Notes: a model not told the origin generated them from the letters alone. A DNA stretch of 64,000 nt from Candidatus Uhrbacteria bacterium (GCA_963822405.1 CAWGHH010000004.1:6226-70225); one strand, 5' to 3'; positions 38,036 through 47,516 are shown, counted from the stretch's first letter. Program-made: numbers and translations.

Positions 38036-38988
38036 ACAAATGTTCTAAAGGCCCACACGGCCAGATTCTTTGCGTCGGTAAATCTATCGTCAATCTTCTG
38101 TGCCCCAAGAACAATAATTACCACCTCATTGCCATCATGTTTGATAACCGTCGCCAAACAATACCCAGCTTGCGGAATATACCCCGTCTTCCCCGCCACC
38201 ACTTCATAATCGCTATTCGCCTCTGGACCGAGTAATAAGTTAGTACTCTCAATGTTCACGCTAAAACCGCTTGACTGCGTAACCGTTAACGACGAAGACA
38301 TCATAAAACTCTTCAAAACATCAGATCGAGAAGCGGCCAGCAATAACTGACTCAGATCTCTAGCGGTCGAAACATTCTGAGATGAAATACCGCTCGGATC
38401 TACAAACACCGTTTGCGCCATGCGTAGTTCCTTCGTCTTCTCGTTCATTCTTTTTACAAAATCTTCGCCGCTCAGCCCGGATAAACGGGCCAGTGAATGA
38501 GCGGCCGTGTTATCAGACCCAACAATTGCTGTACCAAGAACGTCACGCAAGGTTACCTCATCGTCGAATTTTAAGTATGTTCTGCCTCCCCCAACGTAAT
38601 CCTCATCAATCAACTTTACTCTTTTAGCTAGATCGGGATTGGAATCAAGAAAAACTACGGCCGTCATTAACTTTGTGATACTACCCATCGGCCTAACATC
38701 ATCCGGTTTTTCTGCATACAAAGTAGCTCCGCTCTCCACGTCTACTACAATCGAGCTATCCGCGCTCGTCACTACGCCAAAACTATTGCTAACTATTTTC
38801 TTTGGTGGCGGAGTCGTTCTATCTGTAGCTAGTGGCAAATGAAACCTGCTGGCCGCTAGAAAAAAATGCGTCGCCTCAAGCGGAATAGGGGCAGCCGAAA
38901 CCCGGTTCTCCAAAAGCGATGCGTCAACTGGCGCTATTGAGAACAGAGAAGACGCAAATAAGAGTTGGGCAATGATACGGGCGATCAT
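38020..38988 (-). CDS. D-alanyl-D-alanine carboxypeptidase (peptidase S11, PBP5/6-like)
   Basis: 322 aa. Signal peptide, then SxxK (MGSITKLMTA), SxN (VGSDNTAAHSLA) and a KTG-like (AGKTGY) motif. Confidence 0.85.
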   Translation of the reverse strand: MIARIIAQLLFASSLFSIAPVDASLLENRVSAAPIPLEATHFFLAASRFHLPLATDRTTPPPKKIVSNSFGVVTSADSSIVVDVESGATLYAEKPDDVRPMGSITKLMTAVVFLDSNPDLAKRVKLIDEDYVGGGRTYLKFDDEVTLRDVLGTAIVGSDNTAAHSLARLSGLSGEDFVKRMNEKTKELRMAQTVFVDPSGISSQNVSTARDLSQLLLAASRSDVLKSFMMSSSLTVTQSSGFSVNIESTNLLLGPEANSDYEVVAGKTGYIPQAGYCLATVIKHDGNEVVIIVLGAQKIDDRFTDAKNLAVWAFRTFVWPKP

Positions 38989-39539
38989 ACGGAGTCAGTC
39001 ATACTCGCCGTCAGGGATACGAGCAGTTTATCGATTTTTCCATTGGCATGAAGCTCGCCATATTCCGGCAGCTCGGCCACGTCATGAAGACCCAAATACC
39101 TCATTGCATCTGGGGACAATGAATACACCGGCTGACCTTTTAGCGAATCATCCTTCTCGTTCACTAAACCACGCATTAATAGATTCCGAAGAATTAGGGT
39201 GCAGTTAACGCCTCTAATCGCCTCAATCTCTGGCTTAGTGATAGGCCCGCGGTACGCAATGATCGTCAGCGCCTCAAGTGACGGCCTAGTTAACTCCCCC
39301 GCCTCATCTTTTACGAGCGCATTCGCTACTTCGGCACAAGCTGGGTTTGTCACCAGCTGCCACTCGTCACTGGTTCTAAGCAAATGAATTCCGGTCTCCT
39401 CAACATTCATCTTTTCCGCCAGAGTGATTAACTCAGATTCAACATCGCTCGCTTTTAAATTAAGGGACTGACCAATAGACCGAACCGATAAGGGTTTAGT
39501 CGAAAGGAATAGTAATGCCTGTATTTTTGCCGAGATCAT
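38985..39539 (-). CDS. scpB: Segregation and condensation protein B
   Basis: 184 aa. Tandem winged-helix ScpB signature (IQALLFLSTKPLSV...IIAYRGPITKPEIEAIRGVN). Confidence 0.88.
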   Translation of the reverse strand: MISAKIQALLFLSTKPLSVRSIGQSLNLKASDVESELITLAEKMNVEETGIHLLRTSDEWQLVTNPACAEVANALVKDEAGELTRPSLEALTIIAYRGPITKPEIEAIRGVNCTLILRNLLMRGLVNEKDDSLKGQPVYSLSPDAMRYLGLHDVAELPEYGELHANGKIDKLLVSLTASMTDSV

Positions 39540-40237
39540 ACTTTAGATAGTTCAATCTCACCGAATGTTCCCTTCTGCTCAACGGTCACAATCTGCCTAC
39601 GCAATAATTCCAACAACGCCAAGAAGCTTACCACGACCTCCATTTTACTCCTCGCCCCGGCCACTACTTCAGAAAAGGAAACCTTCGCCCTTGCTTCGAG
39701 CGCCCCCTTTAACTCTTCAATTCGCTCTTCAACAGACTTAATCCGCTCCATTGAGGTTTCTTGCAGCGCAAAGAACGGCTCAAGCCGCTTAATAACATTC
39801 CGGTAGGCATCGAACAAAATAGCTATGGCGAGCGACGGCGGCGGCAAAAAAACTGGCTCCAACTGTTTTACTTTGACATATGGTCGAGCCATCATGGTCA
39901 TCTTCCCGAATCGCTCCTCGAGCTTCTTAGACGCTTCGACGAATTCTTTATAAATACGTAACTGCTCTTCAAGTTCATCAATCCCATCTTCTGCCTCATC
40001 ATCACGCATGAGGTACGGCATTAGCTCACGGCTCTTCAAATAGATAAGACGCGAAGCAACAAGTAAAAAATCGGCCAACTCATCAACCGGCACCCTCACC
40101 GTTTCCATCCGCTTTAAGTATTCATCAGTCACTCGAGCAAGAGAAACTTTTGAAATTAGTAATTCCTTATTTTCGATCAGCTCTAACAAGAGCCCTAGGG
40201 GTCCCGTAAATGCCTCTTGTTGAACGCCAAATTCCAT
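39536..40237 (-). CDS. scpA: Segregation and condensation protein A
   Basis: 233 aa. FTGPLGLLLELIENKELLISKVSLARVTDEYL N-terminus typical of ScpA. Overlaps scpB by 4 nt. Confidence 0.88.
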   Translation of the reverse strand: MEFGVQQEAFTGPLGLLLELIENKELLISKVSLARVTDEYLKRMETVRVPVDELADFLLVASRLIYLKSRELMPYLMRDDEAEDGIDELEEQLRIYKEFVEASKKLEERFGKMTMMARPYVKVKQLEPVFLPPPSLAIAILFDAYRNVIKRLEPFFALQETSMERIKSVEERIEELKGALEARAKVSFSEVVAGARSKMEVVVSFLALLELLRRQIVTVEQKGTFGEIELSKV

Positions 40238-40326
40238 ACCCCATATTCTACCCGATAACCATCTTAATTGACCACTTTTAAGCTATCCATTAATCTGCAG
40301 CTGACCTTCCATCAACAAGGAGAGCC

Positions 40327-40525
40327 GATGTCGAACGAACTTGGAGAAAGTGACCCCAGAGACCGCCGTCTTGGCTTCATTCACGCCGGTTTCAGTAGCT
40401 GCGTCCTGCCTCTCATCATCGCCGTCGTCATCTTCTTCGTCTGCTGTGGTGGTTTTGGGAAGATATTTGATTCTCCCCCGCCGCAACAGCCCGCAACCCC
40501 GACCATCGACGGTCGGCCACCGTAG
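40327..40525 (+). CDS. Small (66 aa) single-TM protein, hypothetical
   Basis: GGAGAG-N4-ATG. TM LPLIIAVVIFFVCCGGF. Pro/Gln-rich tail. Confidence 0.4.
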
Positions 40526-40583
40526 AATTCAGCTCCTACTTTGACGCCCGGGCAAACCCGGGCGTTTGTATATTCAGCCTTTT

Positions 40584-40668
40584 CCAAACCAAAAGCGACA
40601 CACTGTCATAAAATTTTTAGGAGGTACTCCGACTCAAATTTTAGGATAGTGTGTCGCTTTTGGTTTGG
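40584..40668. repeat. Conserved-loop hairpin element, copy 3 (loop TTAGGAGGTACTCCGACTC)
   Basis: Arms ccaaaccaaaagcgacacactgtcataaaattt and aaattttaggatagtgtgtcgcttttggtttgg, 33 bp with G-U pairs. Confidence 0.9.
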
Positions 40669-40675
40669 ATCCGCA

Positions 40676-42082
40676 CTAGGCAAGCTTAATATTCGCCTCT
40701 TTCAGTGCCTTCTCAGGCAGTGGAGAAGGCGCACCCATCATGTGGTCTCGAGCGTTTCCGTCCTTCGGGAATGCCATTACTTCACGAATGTTCGCCTCGC
40801 CCTGGAATAATGCCATAACGCGGTCTACGCCGAGCGCAATACCTCCATGTGGTGGTGCGCCAAGTTCAAACGCTTTCATCATGTGACCAAACTGTGCATC
40901 GATCGTTTCAGCCGGGAAACCCATGATCTCGAATACTTTTCTGAGCGCGTCTGGCTGATGATTACGGATAGATCCACCACCGATTTCAAAACCGTTTAGC
41001 ACAATGTCGTACTGACTAGTGATGATATTGCCAACATCTTCTTTGCTCATGAGCTTGTCGTGCCATTCTGGCAATGCAGCCGAGAATGGATTATGGGTAA
41101 AGGTTCATCCACCGTCTTCTGTCTTTTCAAAGAACGGGAAGTCAATTACCCAACAGAACGCGAATAAGTTAGGATCATTCTTGTCTTCACGAATATCTGG
41201 ACGGTCATTTCCATACTTCTCCATGGATTCTTTATAGGTCATGCGTGGAAACGGCAATGCCTGGATCTTAGCGTCTGGTCTATATGTTTTAACGAGCTGA
41301 ATCAAAAGTTCTTCGATCATGCTCATCACATCTTCACGTTCCACAAAGCTCATCTCAAGGTCGAGCTGAGTAAATTCTGGCTGACGATCTCCACGTTGAT
41401 CCTCATCACGGAAACACTTGGCTAGCTGATAATAGCGTTCAACACCGGCCACCATAAGCAACTGTTTAAATTGCTGCGGTGACTGCGGAAGAACATAAAA
41501 ATTACCTGGGTGCGGACGAGAAGGCACAATGAATTCACGCGCACCTTCAGGAGTTCCTTTGGTGAGGATCGGAGTTTCAACCTCAATAAATCCTTTCTCA
41601 TTGAAATACTTACGCATGTCTTGAAATACAGCGTGACGAGTTCGCAGGTTCTTCTGCATGCGCTCCGAACGAAGATCGAGATAGCGGTAAGCCAAACGAG
41701 TCTCCTCATTCACCGGCAAGGTATCTTTATCGATTTCAAATGGCGGAGTCTTGGACTCGTTCAACACCTTCACAGATTTTGCTAGCAGTTCAACCGTTCC
41801 GGTCTTGATCTTATCGTTAATCTGCTTCGGGCCTCGAGCCTGGACTACTCCCTCAATCTCAACTACCCACTCAGGACGAACTTTGTTCGCTGCCTCAGCA
41901 GTATCACCGACCTCCGAAGGAACAATAACTACTTGCAATAAACCGTTCTTATCACGCAGATCAAAAAACGCTACCTTGCCCATGTCACGACGAGCGTGAA
42001 CCCAACCAGCCACCTTCACCGTCTCACCAACCTTACCCACTGTCTCTGACGAATAAATTCGTTGCATATAATTATCTAGCAT
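40676..42082 (-). CDS. aspS: Aspartate--tRNA ligase, compact type lacking the GAD insertion; interrupted by an in-frame TGA at 41105..41107
   Basis: N-terminal OB-fold plus motifs 1 and 2 (FRDEDQRGDRQPEFTQLDLEMSF) in ORF 41105..42082, and motif 3 (GGIALGVDRVMAL) in ORF 40676..41074. Both are in the same frame, separated only by TGA: ...FFEKTEDGG*TFTHNPFSAALPEW... aligns without a gap to the E. coli GEGGLTAMHHPFTSP region. Confidence 0.88.
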
Positions 42083-42261
42083 TTAATCTTGTAATTATTT
42101 GAGGGCGTGAGGGATATTGCTAATGCAGCGAGGAATTGCATTTATTAGGAGGTCGACATCCTTCGAATTTTCAGAAAATAGTTCGACCGACTCTAAATGC
42201 CCGCGCCAAGTCAGCAACATCCCTCGTGCCCGAAAGCTCATAAAGAAAGAATTCAGTGGGC

Positions 42262-42398
42262 GAATAAAAAACTCGCCCTCACAACACAATTCATTTAAGA
42301 ATTATGTGCTAAGGGCGAATTTCATTTCGCGGTGCCACCTTGCTTTGTACTTTTTATTAAGTTTTAGCCCGGCGCGATTGTCAGTCGCGTCTAACTGC
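42262..42398 (-). promoter_or_regulatory. T-box-like riboswitch leader of aspS (short stem I with GAC specifier in a hairpin loop, T-box sequence, terminator/antiterminator)
   Basis: Minus-strand leader: specifier hairpin cgcga-cuGACAa-ucgcg (42389..42373); T-box motif AAGGUGGCACCGCG (42341..42328; consensus AGGGUGGNACCGCG, with the UGGC bulge complementary to a G73-CCA acceptor end); competing helices gcgaa/uucgc and aaauucgcccu/agggcgaguuu followed by UUUUUU (42270..42265). Confidence 0.6.
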
Positions 42399-42404
42399 CC
42401 AATG

Positions 42405-42433
42405 ACCATAGGCTGAGCCGAAAAAGTTGTCAA
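42405..42433 (-). promoter_or_regulatory. sigma70 promoter for the aspS leader (TTGACA-N17-TATGGT)
   Basis: Minus strand TTGACA at 42433..42428 and TATGGT at 42410..42405. Confidence 0.5.
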
Positions 42434-42516
42434 GGTGGATAAAACTACACACATATAAATTCGTGTGTTATGTTTAAAATGCCCTGTAACGCTATTCTTC
42501 AGATAGGAGTCCCGCC

Positions 42517-42900
42517 TTGTCACACCTCGAACCGCGCCCAGCGGAAGGCAAACCCTCAACCGGCGAACACGACGCCGTCACCGTGAAAAAGAGGAAATTT
42601 ACGAAGGCAGATAAAGCCCAGTTTCAACGGATCACCGCCATTGCAGAACAGGCGGTTCATGCCATCCGATATCCCGCCGAAGCCACGGAGCAAGATCACT
42701 ACTCGCTCAAACTCCTGACAGACGCAGATGTCGTCACCATCAAGATGAGCGCCAAAGAGATGTGCAAATCCATTGGCGCTCTCAGGCGAACAATTGATGA
42801 CTTGATCGCAGGCAACGGAGCCGAAGTCGAGTGGATCAAACCGCTCAACTATCTCCTGCTTGTTCACAAGTCTCGTCCGTCACGCGGCATCGACAAATGA
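42517..42900 (+). CDS. Hypothetical protein (127 aa)
   Basis: ORF only, no recognisable motif. Confidence 0.4.
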   Translation: MSHLEPRPAEGKPSTGEHDAVTVKKRKFTKADKAQFQRITAIAEQAVHAIRYPAEATEQDHYSLKLLTDADVVTIKMSAKEMCKSIGALRRTIDDLIAGNGAEVEWIKPLNYLLLVHKSRPSRGIDK

Positions 42901-42942
42901 TGCCCTCAGCCGCTTCTCGATTCGTCGAGGAGCGGTTAACTT

Positions 42943-43722
42943 TTACGCAAAAAATAGCAAGCTCCAAAATGGCTCGTCCATCTGGTAACCGGGAACATGA
43001 TGACGCATGAGGTCATGGACGCAAGCTGCAAATGCGTTCACATGTTCAACTTTTAATGCTGGCCTAACGTAATCCGAATATTCCGACTCACGAGCAAAAC
43101 GCATGAGCGTAATAATTTCTTCTTCAATCACCCGCGCCGCCACCCATTCTTGTGGCTCGGCCAGCGTACAGTTAGTGCACACCAGTCCACCTCGGCCATC
43201 ATGCCAGCGAAAAGATAGTGGCAAAATATCGCCCTTACATGCAAGACAAGAATTGAGCTCGACCTCATAACCAAGCATCGAAAGAAGCCGCAAGAGAAAC
43301 CCACCGAGCACAAATGTTGTTCGCGCGGGTGTAAAAATACTGGTGTCGTTAAGAAACTGAAGAAGTGCTCGGTACTCATCATAAAGCTCCGGATCGGGCA
43401 TATCTTCTCTCACCGTTTTTCCGAGTAATGCCCCGGCGGCGTGTGCAAGCATTCGCCCATCAAGTGATGTCGATAACTCTCGAAAAGCATGCGAGCGCTC
43501 TGCGCCAATCACCGTCATCCCCCGCTGTCCTTTAATTATCTCAAGCGTTATTACGGCGAATGGGTCTAAATGTGGCGCGACCTTAGCTTTCCCTTTCCGA
43601 GCCCCCCGACCGATGAATTCAATTTTTCCGTGATCTCGCGTCAACGCCGAATATTTCCTATCAGCTTCCCGAAAAGGTGAAACTGTCAAAATCATGGCTT
43701 CGGTCTTAAGCGACGACCACAT
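42943..43722 (-). CDS. recO: DNA repair protein RecO
   Basis: 259 aa. N-terminal OB-fold and a C4 zinc finger (CLACKGD...CTNC). Confidence 0.85.
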   Translation of the reverse strand: MWSSLKTEAMILTVSPFREADRKYSALTRDHGKIEFIGRGARKGKAKVAPHLDPFAVITLEIIKGQRGMTVIGAERSHAFRELSTSLDGRMLAHAAGALLGKTVREDMPDPELYDEYRALLQFLNDTSIFTPARTTFVLGGFLLRLLSMLGYEVELNSCLACKGDILPLSFRWHDGRGGLVCTNCTLAEPQEWVAARVIEEEIITLMRFARESEYSDYVRPALKVEHVNAFAACVHDLMRHHVPGYQMDEPFWSLLFFA

Positions 43723-43734
43723 ACAGATTTATCA

Positions 43735-44136
43735 TTACGAGAACTGTTCCACCCCCATCGAACCTTCGTCAAAATACGCCTGAAGAATTAACATCGCGGC
43801 TAGCGCGTCTTCCTGTACTTTAGAGCCTGACTCACTCTGCATGCGTCTGGCCTCCGCAGACGAAAATTGCTCATCCGCAACATGCGTAGGAAGACCACTT
43901 TCCGCGCGTAATTTAGCCACGAATGCCAAAGTAAGTTCGAGTTGTGTTTGACTCTGGTGTTCTTCTGGCATCGGCAAACCAACCACCAAAGCCTCAATAC
44001 TTTCTTTTTTTATAACCTCGAGTACCTCTTTTATTCCCCCGCGCACAACCCCAAACGGCACAGCTACCCGAGCGCCATCGTCCCCAAGGGCAAGACCAAT
44101 TTTCTTCAAACCAAAATCTACGCCGAGATATCTCAT
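43735..44136 (-). CDS. ruvX: Putative pre-16S rRNA nuclease / Holliday-junction resolvase-like YqgF (RuvX)
   Basis: 133 aa. MRYLGVDFGLKKIGLALGD...ALVVGLPM RNase H-like signature. Confidence 0.88.
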   Translation of the reverse strand: MRYLGVDFGLKKIGLALGDDGARVAVPFGVVRGGIKEVLEVIKKESIEALVVGLPMPEEHQSQTQLELTLAFVAKLRAESGLPTHVADEQFSSAEARRMQSESGSKVQEDALAAMLILQAYFDEGSMGVEQFS

Positions 44137-44585
44137 AACTCTGGAGTAATAAAATGTATTTTAATAACATTACCGCCACTCATAATCGGTAAATCAACCC
44201 CCGGATCATAAGACTTATTTCCATTGTCTTTAAACATGAGAGCAAAGTATTGATTGTTCGCCTCAAGAGGTTTTTCTAACTTAATGACTAGATCCTTATA
44301 TTCACCCGGCACAAGATACACGGACGAACCGACGACCGGCCCAGGAGCCTGACCAATTGCCTCATGAAAAGTCACGAAACCGGCTGCCTTAATGACCGCG
44401 TCTACATGAACCTCACCAAAATTGCCCAAACTAGGTGGCGCCACAACGAGCGCGCTTCCGGTCTCTTCAACTGGCTTGTAACTAACCTCTGGAACATTCG
44501 GGGCAAAAATAAAAAACGCCGCCACAATAAGAATAATCGCCAGCAAGATAAGCAAACCGCTCAGATCTTCTTTTTTTATATACAT
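44133..44585 (-). CDS. Hypothetical N-terminally anchored protein (150 aa)
   Basis: TM LLILLAIILIVAAFFIFA, then a soluble domain. Confidence 0.5.
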   Translation of the reverse strand: MYIKKEDLSGLLILLAIILIVAAFFIFAPNVPEVSYKPVEETGSALVVAPPSLGNFGEVHVDAVIKAAGFVTFHEAIGQAPGPVVGSSVYLVPGEYKDLVIKLEKPLEANNQYFALMFKDNGNKSYDPGVDLPIMSGGNVIKIHFITPEL

Positions 44586-44782
44586 ACTTCTAACTGCTTC
44601 TTGATATATTCTTTATCTTCCTCCTCAACCGTCTCGTAATCTACAAAAAAATCACAAGAGCCGACTCTAATTTCGTATCCCCCGTCGTAGGCGTTTTCTT
44701 TTATATATACCGCGTCTTCTACTCCAAGCTCCAGAATCGCCTCCCGCAAAAACGTTTCATGAAATTCTTTTCGCTCGTGCAT
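44576..44782 (-). CDS. Small acidic hypothetical protein (68 aa)
   Basis: ORF only. Overlaps its neighbours by a few nt. Confidence 0.35.
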   Translation of the reverse strand: MHERKEFHETFLREAILELGVEDAVYIKENAYDGGYEIRVGSCDFFVDYETVEEEDKEYIKKQLEVCI

Positions 44783-44784
44783 AG

Positions 44785-45569
44785 CTAGTATATCTTCACG
44801 GTTGGTTCAGGCGTCAACAATTCTGGACCACTCGGCAGAATAGCAATAGTTACTTCAAAATGGGCTGAAATAGATTTATCGGCCGTTATTATGGTCCAAC
44901 CGTCTTTGGCGGTCACAACATCATGAGTACCAAGCGTGACCATCGGTTCAATGGCTAAGCACATCCCCTCTTTAAGATTTGTTTTAGGAAATGCGTTACT
45001 AACATAATTCGGCACATGAGGAGATTCGTGAATGGCGTGACCTACGCCATGACCAACTAACGCCTCCACGATTCCGTATTTCTTTTTATTAATGGCCCCT
45101 CCACTGCCACGCTAATGTCATGTACAGTTCCGCCAATTTTTGCCGCCGCCACCCCCGCACGCATTGACTCACGAGTAGTGTTTAAAAGCTGTTTCAATTC
45201 ATCGGAAATTTCCCCCACAGGAACCGTGACCGCCATATCAGTGCACATGTCTTTATACCAACAACCAATATCAAGCCCAACTACATCCCCCTCATTCAGT
45301 ACTATATCTCGAGTGCCAACGCCATGAACAACCTCTTCGTTAACCGAGATACAAACAGTTGAGGGAAAGGGGGTTTTATTACCGCCCTTGTAGCCCAAAA
45401 AAGATGGCTTTCCGCCTCCCTTCTCAATAACCCCGCGCGCGATAGTATCAAGCTCATGCATGGTTACTCCCGGTCTAATCGCATCCACTGCCGCCTGAAG
45501 CGCTCTGGACAATAAAACCCCACCCTCACGCATGGCTTGGATCTCTTCTTTTGTTTTAATCAAAGCCAT
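44785..45569 (-). CDS. map: Methionine aminopeptidase type I, with a -1/+1 frameshift in a poly-A tract near 45068-45080
   Basis: ORF 45057..45569 carries the MetAP N-terminus plus D/D metal ligands. ORF 44785..45069 carries ...VGHGVGHAIHESPHV...E...E ligands. The junction lies in ccattaataaaaagaaatac, where a 1-nt shift restores a continuous protein. Confidence 0.85.
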
Positions 45570-45571
45570 AT

Positions 45572-46123
45572 CTAAAGAACAAATAATTTTTCTATCCTCT
45601 GAGCCACTTCCTCAATCGTTCCCATTCCGTCAACCTCGCGTACAACACCAAATTTCTTGTACTCATCAATAATCGGCACAGTATCTGTACTGTAAATTCC
45701 CAATCTCTTTTCAATTATTTCGGGGGTATCATCCGTCCGACCTTCAGTGACTGCTCTGTTCTGCAATCTAGCTCGAGACTCACGCTTCGGAATATCAATG
45801 ACTATAACCGCCGTTGGTTGATCAAATCCCGCAAACGCTTTCATCTGTTCAAAATTTCTAGGAAATCCATCCAAAATGTATCCACTGACCACGTCCGGTT
45901 CCATCAAACGCTTTCGCAATACCGCCTCAGCCACTACGTCAGAAACCAAATTTCCAGTATCAACTATTGCCCTGACTTTCTCGGCCAGAGGCCCCTCTCC
46001 TTTAGCCTCTTCTCGCAAGAGATGGCCCATAGACAAATATGGTATCCCAAGATGTGCCGACAGTCTGGCCGCCTGCGTCCCCTTTCCGCACCCCTGTGGT
46101 CCCAATATTAGAATTCTATGCAT
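45572..46123 (-). CDS. adk: Adenylate kinase
   Basis: 183 aa. P-loop GPQGCGKGTQA. Short form without a zinc lid. Confidence 0.95.
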   Translation of the reverse strand: MHRILILGPQGCGKGTQAARLSAHLGIPYLSMGHLLREEAKGEGPLAEKVRAIVDTGNLVSDVVAEAVLRKRLMEPDVVSGYILDGFPRNFEQMKAFAGFDQPTAVIVIDIPKRESRARLQNRAVTEGRTDDTPEIIEKRLGIYSTDTVPIIDEYKKFGVVREVDGMGTIEEVAQRIEKLFVL

Positions 46124-46129
46124 AAGCTA

Positions 46130-47142
46130 CTAAGGGATGATAGATGCTATACAGGCTTGTTGCAAGATATACCCCTCACAATGGTCAAGCATTCCCAAAT
46201 ATGACGAGATATTCGTCGAATTAACCTTCCTCAACATCCGCCTTTTCGTCTTAGTTCTCAGCACCCGGTGGTACGGCCGAGTGACATATCCAAGGAAATC
46301 AATCCCTTGTGATAATTTCCTGACCTCGATTTTTCTAGGATGAAGTTCGAGTCGTCTCTCCCGCCAAAACCAAGCCTCAATCCAGGGAATAAGCTCTTTA
46401 AGCCGATCTCTGTCTTGATCAAGAATAACCGCATCATCGGCAAACCGAATATAGAACCTTTCTCGTAAATCTTCTTTGATAAAATGGTCGAATGCATCCA
46501 TGTAGACATTTGCAAACAATTGACTGGTCAAATTTCCAATCGGCAGTCCAACCATCCGAACGTCTTTTAGTGAACCCCCCCCCCAACCCTGTCATGCAAA
46601 ATCGAAACATGAAAACTACCCACAATCTCCCGGAGTAACGTCATCACGCGCCGGTCCTGAATCTTTTCGTCAAGTAGCCCGAGCAAAATCTCGTGATCCA
46701 CCGAATCAAAAAACCTTCTAATATCAAATTTAAGTGCCCAACAAGAATCCGTCCAATTCTCGCTTGTCTTTCTCACAAAAACCTCAAGCCGCTCCACTGC
46801 GGCATGCGTCCCCTTATCATCCCGACACGAATAACTATCAAAGATAAATGACCGTTCAAAAATCGGTAGCAGAACCCGATAAATAGCGTGATGAACAAGT
46901 CGATCACGAACAGTTGCCTTATTAATTATTCGTGGCTTGGGGTCAAAGACTTTGAACCGATGATACGGCCCATGTCGATAGGTGCCGTTAAACAGTTCTT
47001 CATGCAGTTCAAACACATGATCTTCAAGATTCCGTTCAAACATCTGCACGTCAATTCGCCCACGTTTGCCATCAGCACAAAATTCACGCCATGCGTTAAA
47101 TAGATTCGTCTTACTAACTATCTTTGAAAATATGTCTCTCAT
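46130..47142 (-). CDS. DGR reverse transcriptase (about 335 aa), split by a frameshift in a 10-nt poly-C/G run at 46575..46584
   Basis: RT domains 0-3 in ORF 46567..47142 (NAWREF..., TVRDRLVHHAIYRVLLPIFE, FIFDSYSCRDDKGTHAA, LKFDIRRFFDSVDHEIL). Domains 4-7 in ORF 46130..46555 (GLPIGNLTSQLFANVYM, the DGR-diagnostic [ILV]GxxxSQ motif rather than the group II QGxxxSP; YIRFADDAVIL). No maturase or endonuclease domains. Confidence 0.88.
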
Positions 47143-47476
47143 ACAAGAAGCGCCAGTATTCCAGTTAATTTATGACGAGCTCAAGGCGTTCCATCTCCTC
47201 AGAAAGAAGTTCGATAAAGGTGAACGGTATTCACTTGGCGAAAAAACCGAGCAAACACTACTTGACGTGCTCTTAGAGATCATCAAGGCCGGAACGTCAA
47301 AAAATGAATGGAAAATTGCCGCCATAGACTCCGCCAGTAAGCATCTTGAGGTCACTAAAATTCTCCTAAGACTCGCAAACGACATGGAACAGATTGAGGA
47401 TAAACATTATGAGGAACATCAGGAACGGATCAGCAGGGCGGGAAGAATGCTCGGTGGCTGGCGAAAAGCATCATAA
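47132..47476 (+). CDS. avd: DGR accessory variability determinant (Avd, four-helix-bundle family)
   Basis: About 115 aa from MSLIQEAPVFQLIYDELKAFHLLRKKFDKGERYSLGEKTEQ... to ...RAGRMLGGWRKAS. FPKxEKYxLxxQ-like and C-terminal GRxLGxW motifs as in bAvd. Its start codon overlaps the divergent RT start (atgtctctcat). Confidence 0.8.
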   Translation: MSLIQEAPVFQLIYDELKAFHLLRKKFDKGERYSLGEKTEQTLLDVLLEIIKAGTSKNEWKIAAIDSASKHLEVTKILLRLANDMEQIEDKHYEEHQERISRAGRMLGGWRKAS

Positions 47477-47516
47477 CGCAAACGCCCAGCTCAGCTGGAC
47501 GTTTGAGAGAAAACAG

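Noticed and set aside
41105-41107. Alternative genetic code (UGA=Gly, code 25) or selenocysteine at the aspS TGA
   Set aside because: This is the only in-frame TGA seen among about 90 genes, TGA is used as a terminator (dprA tail), no SECIS-like hairpin follows, and the position is not a catalytic Cys site.
46130-47142. Group II intron or retron interpretation of the RT
   Set aside because: Motif 4 is IGNLTSQ (DGR-type) rather than QGxxxSP. There is no maturase (X), DNA-binding or En domain and no intron RNA domains V/VI. A cognate TR/VR pair with adenine-specific mismatches and an Avd gene are present.
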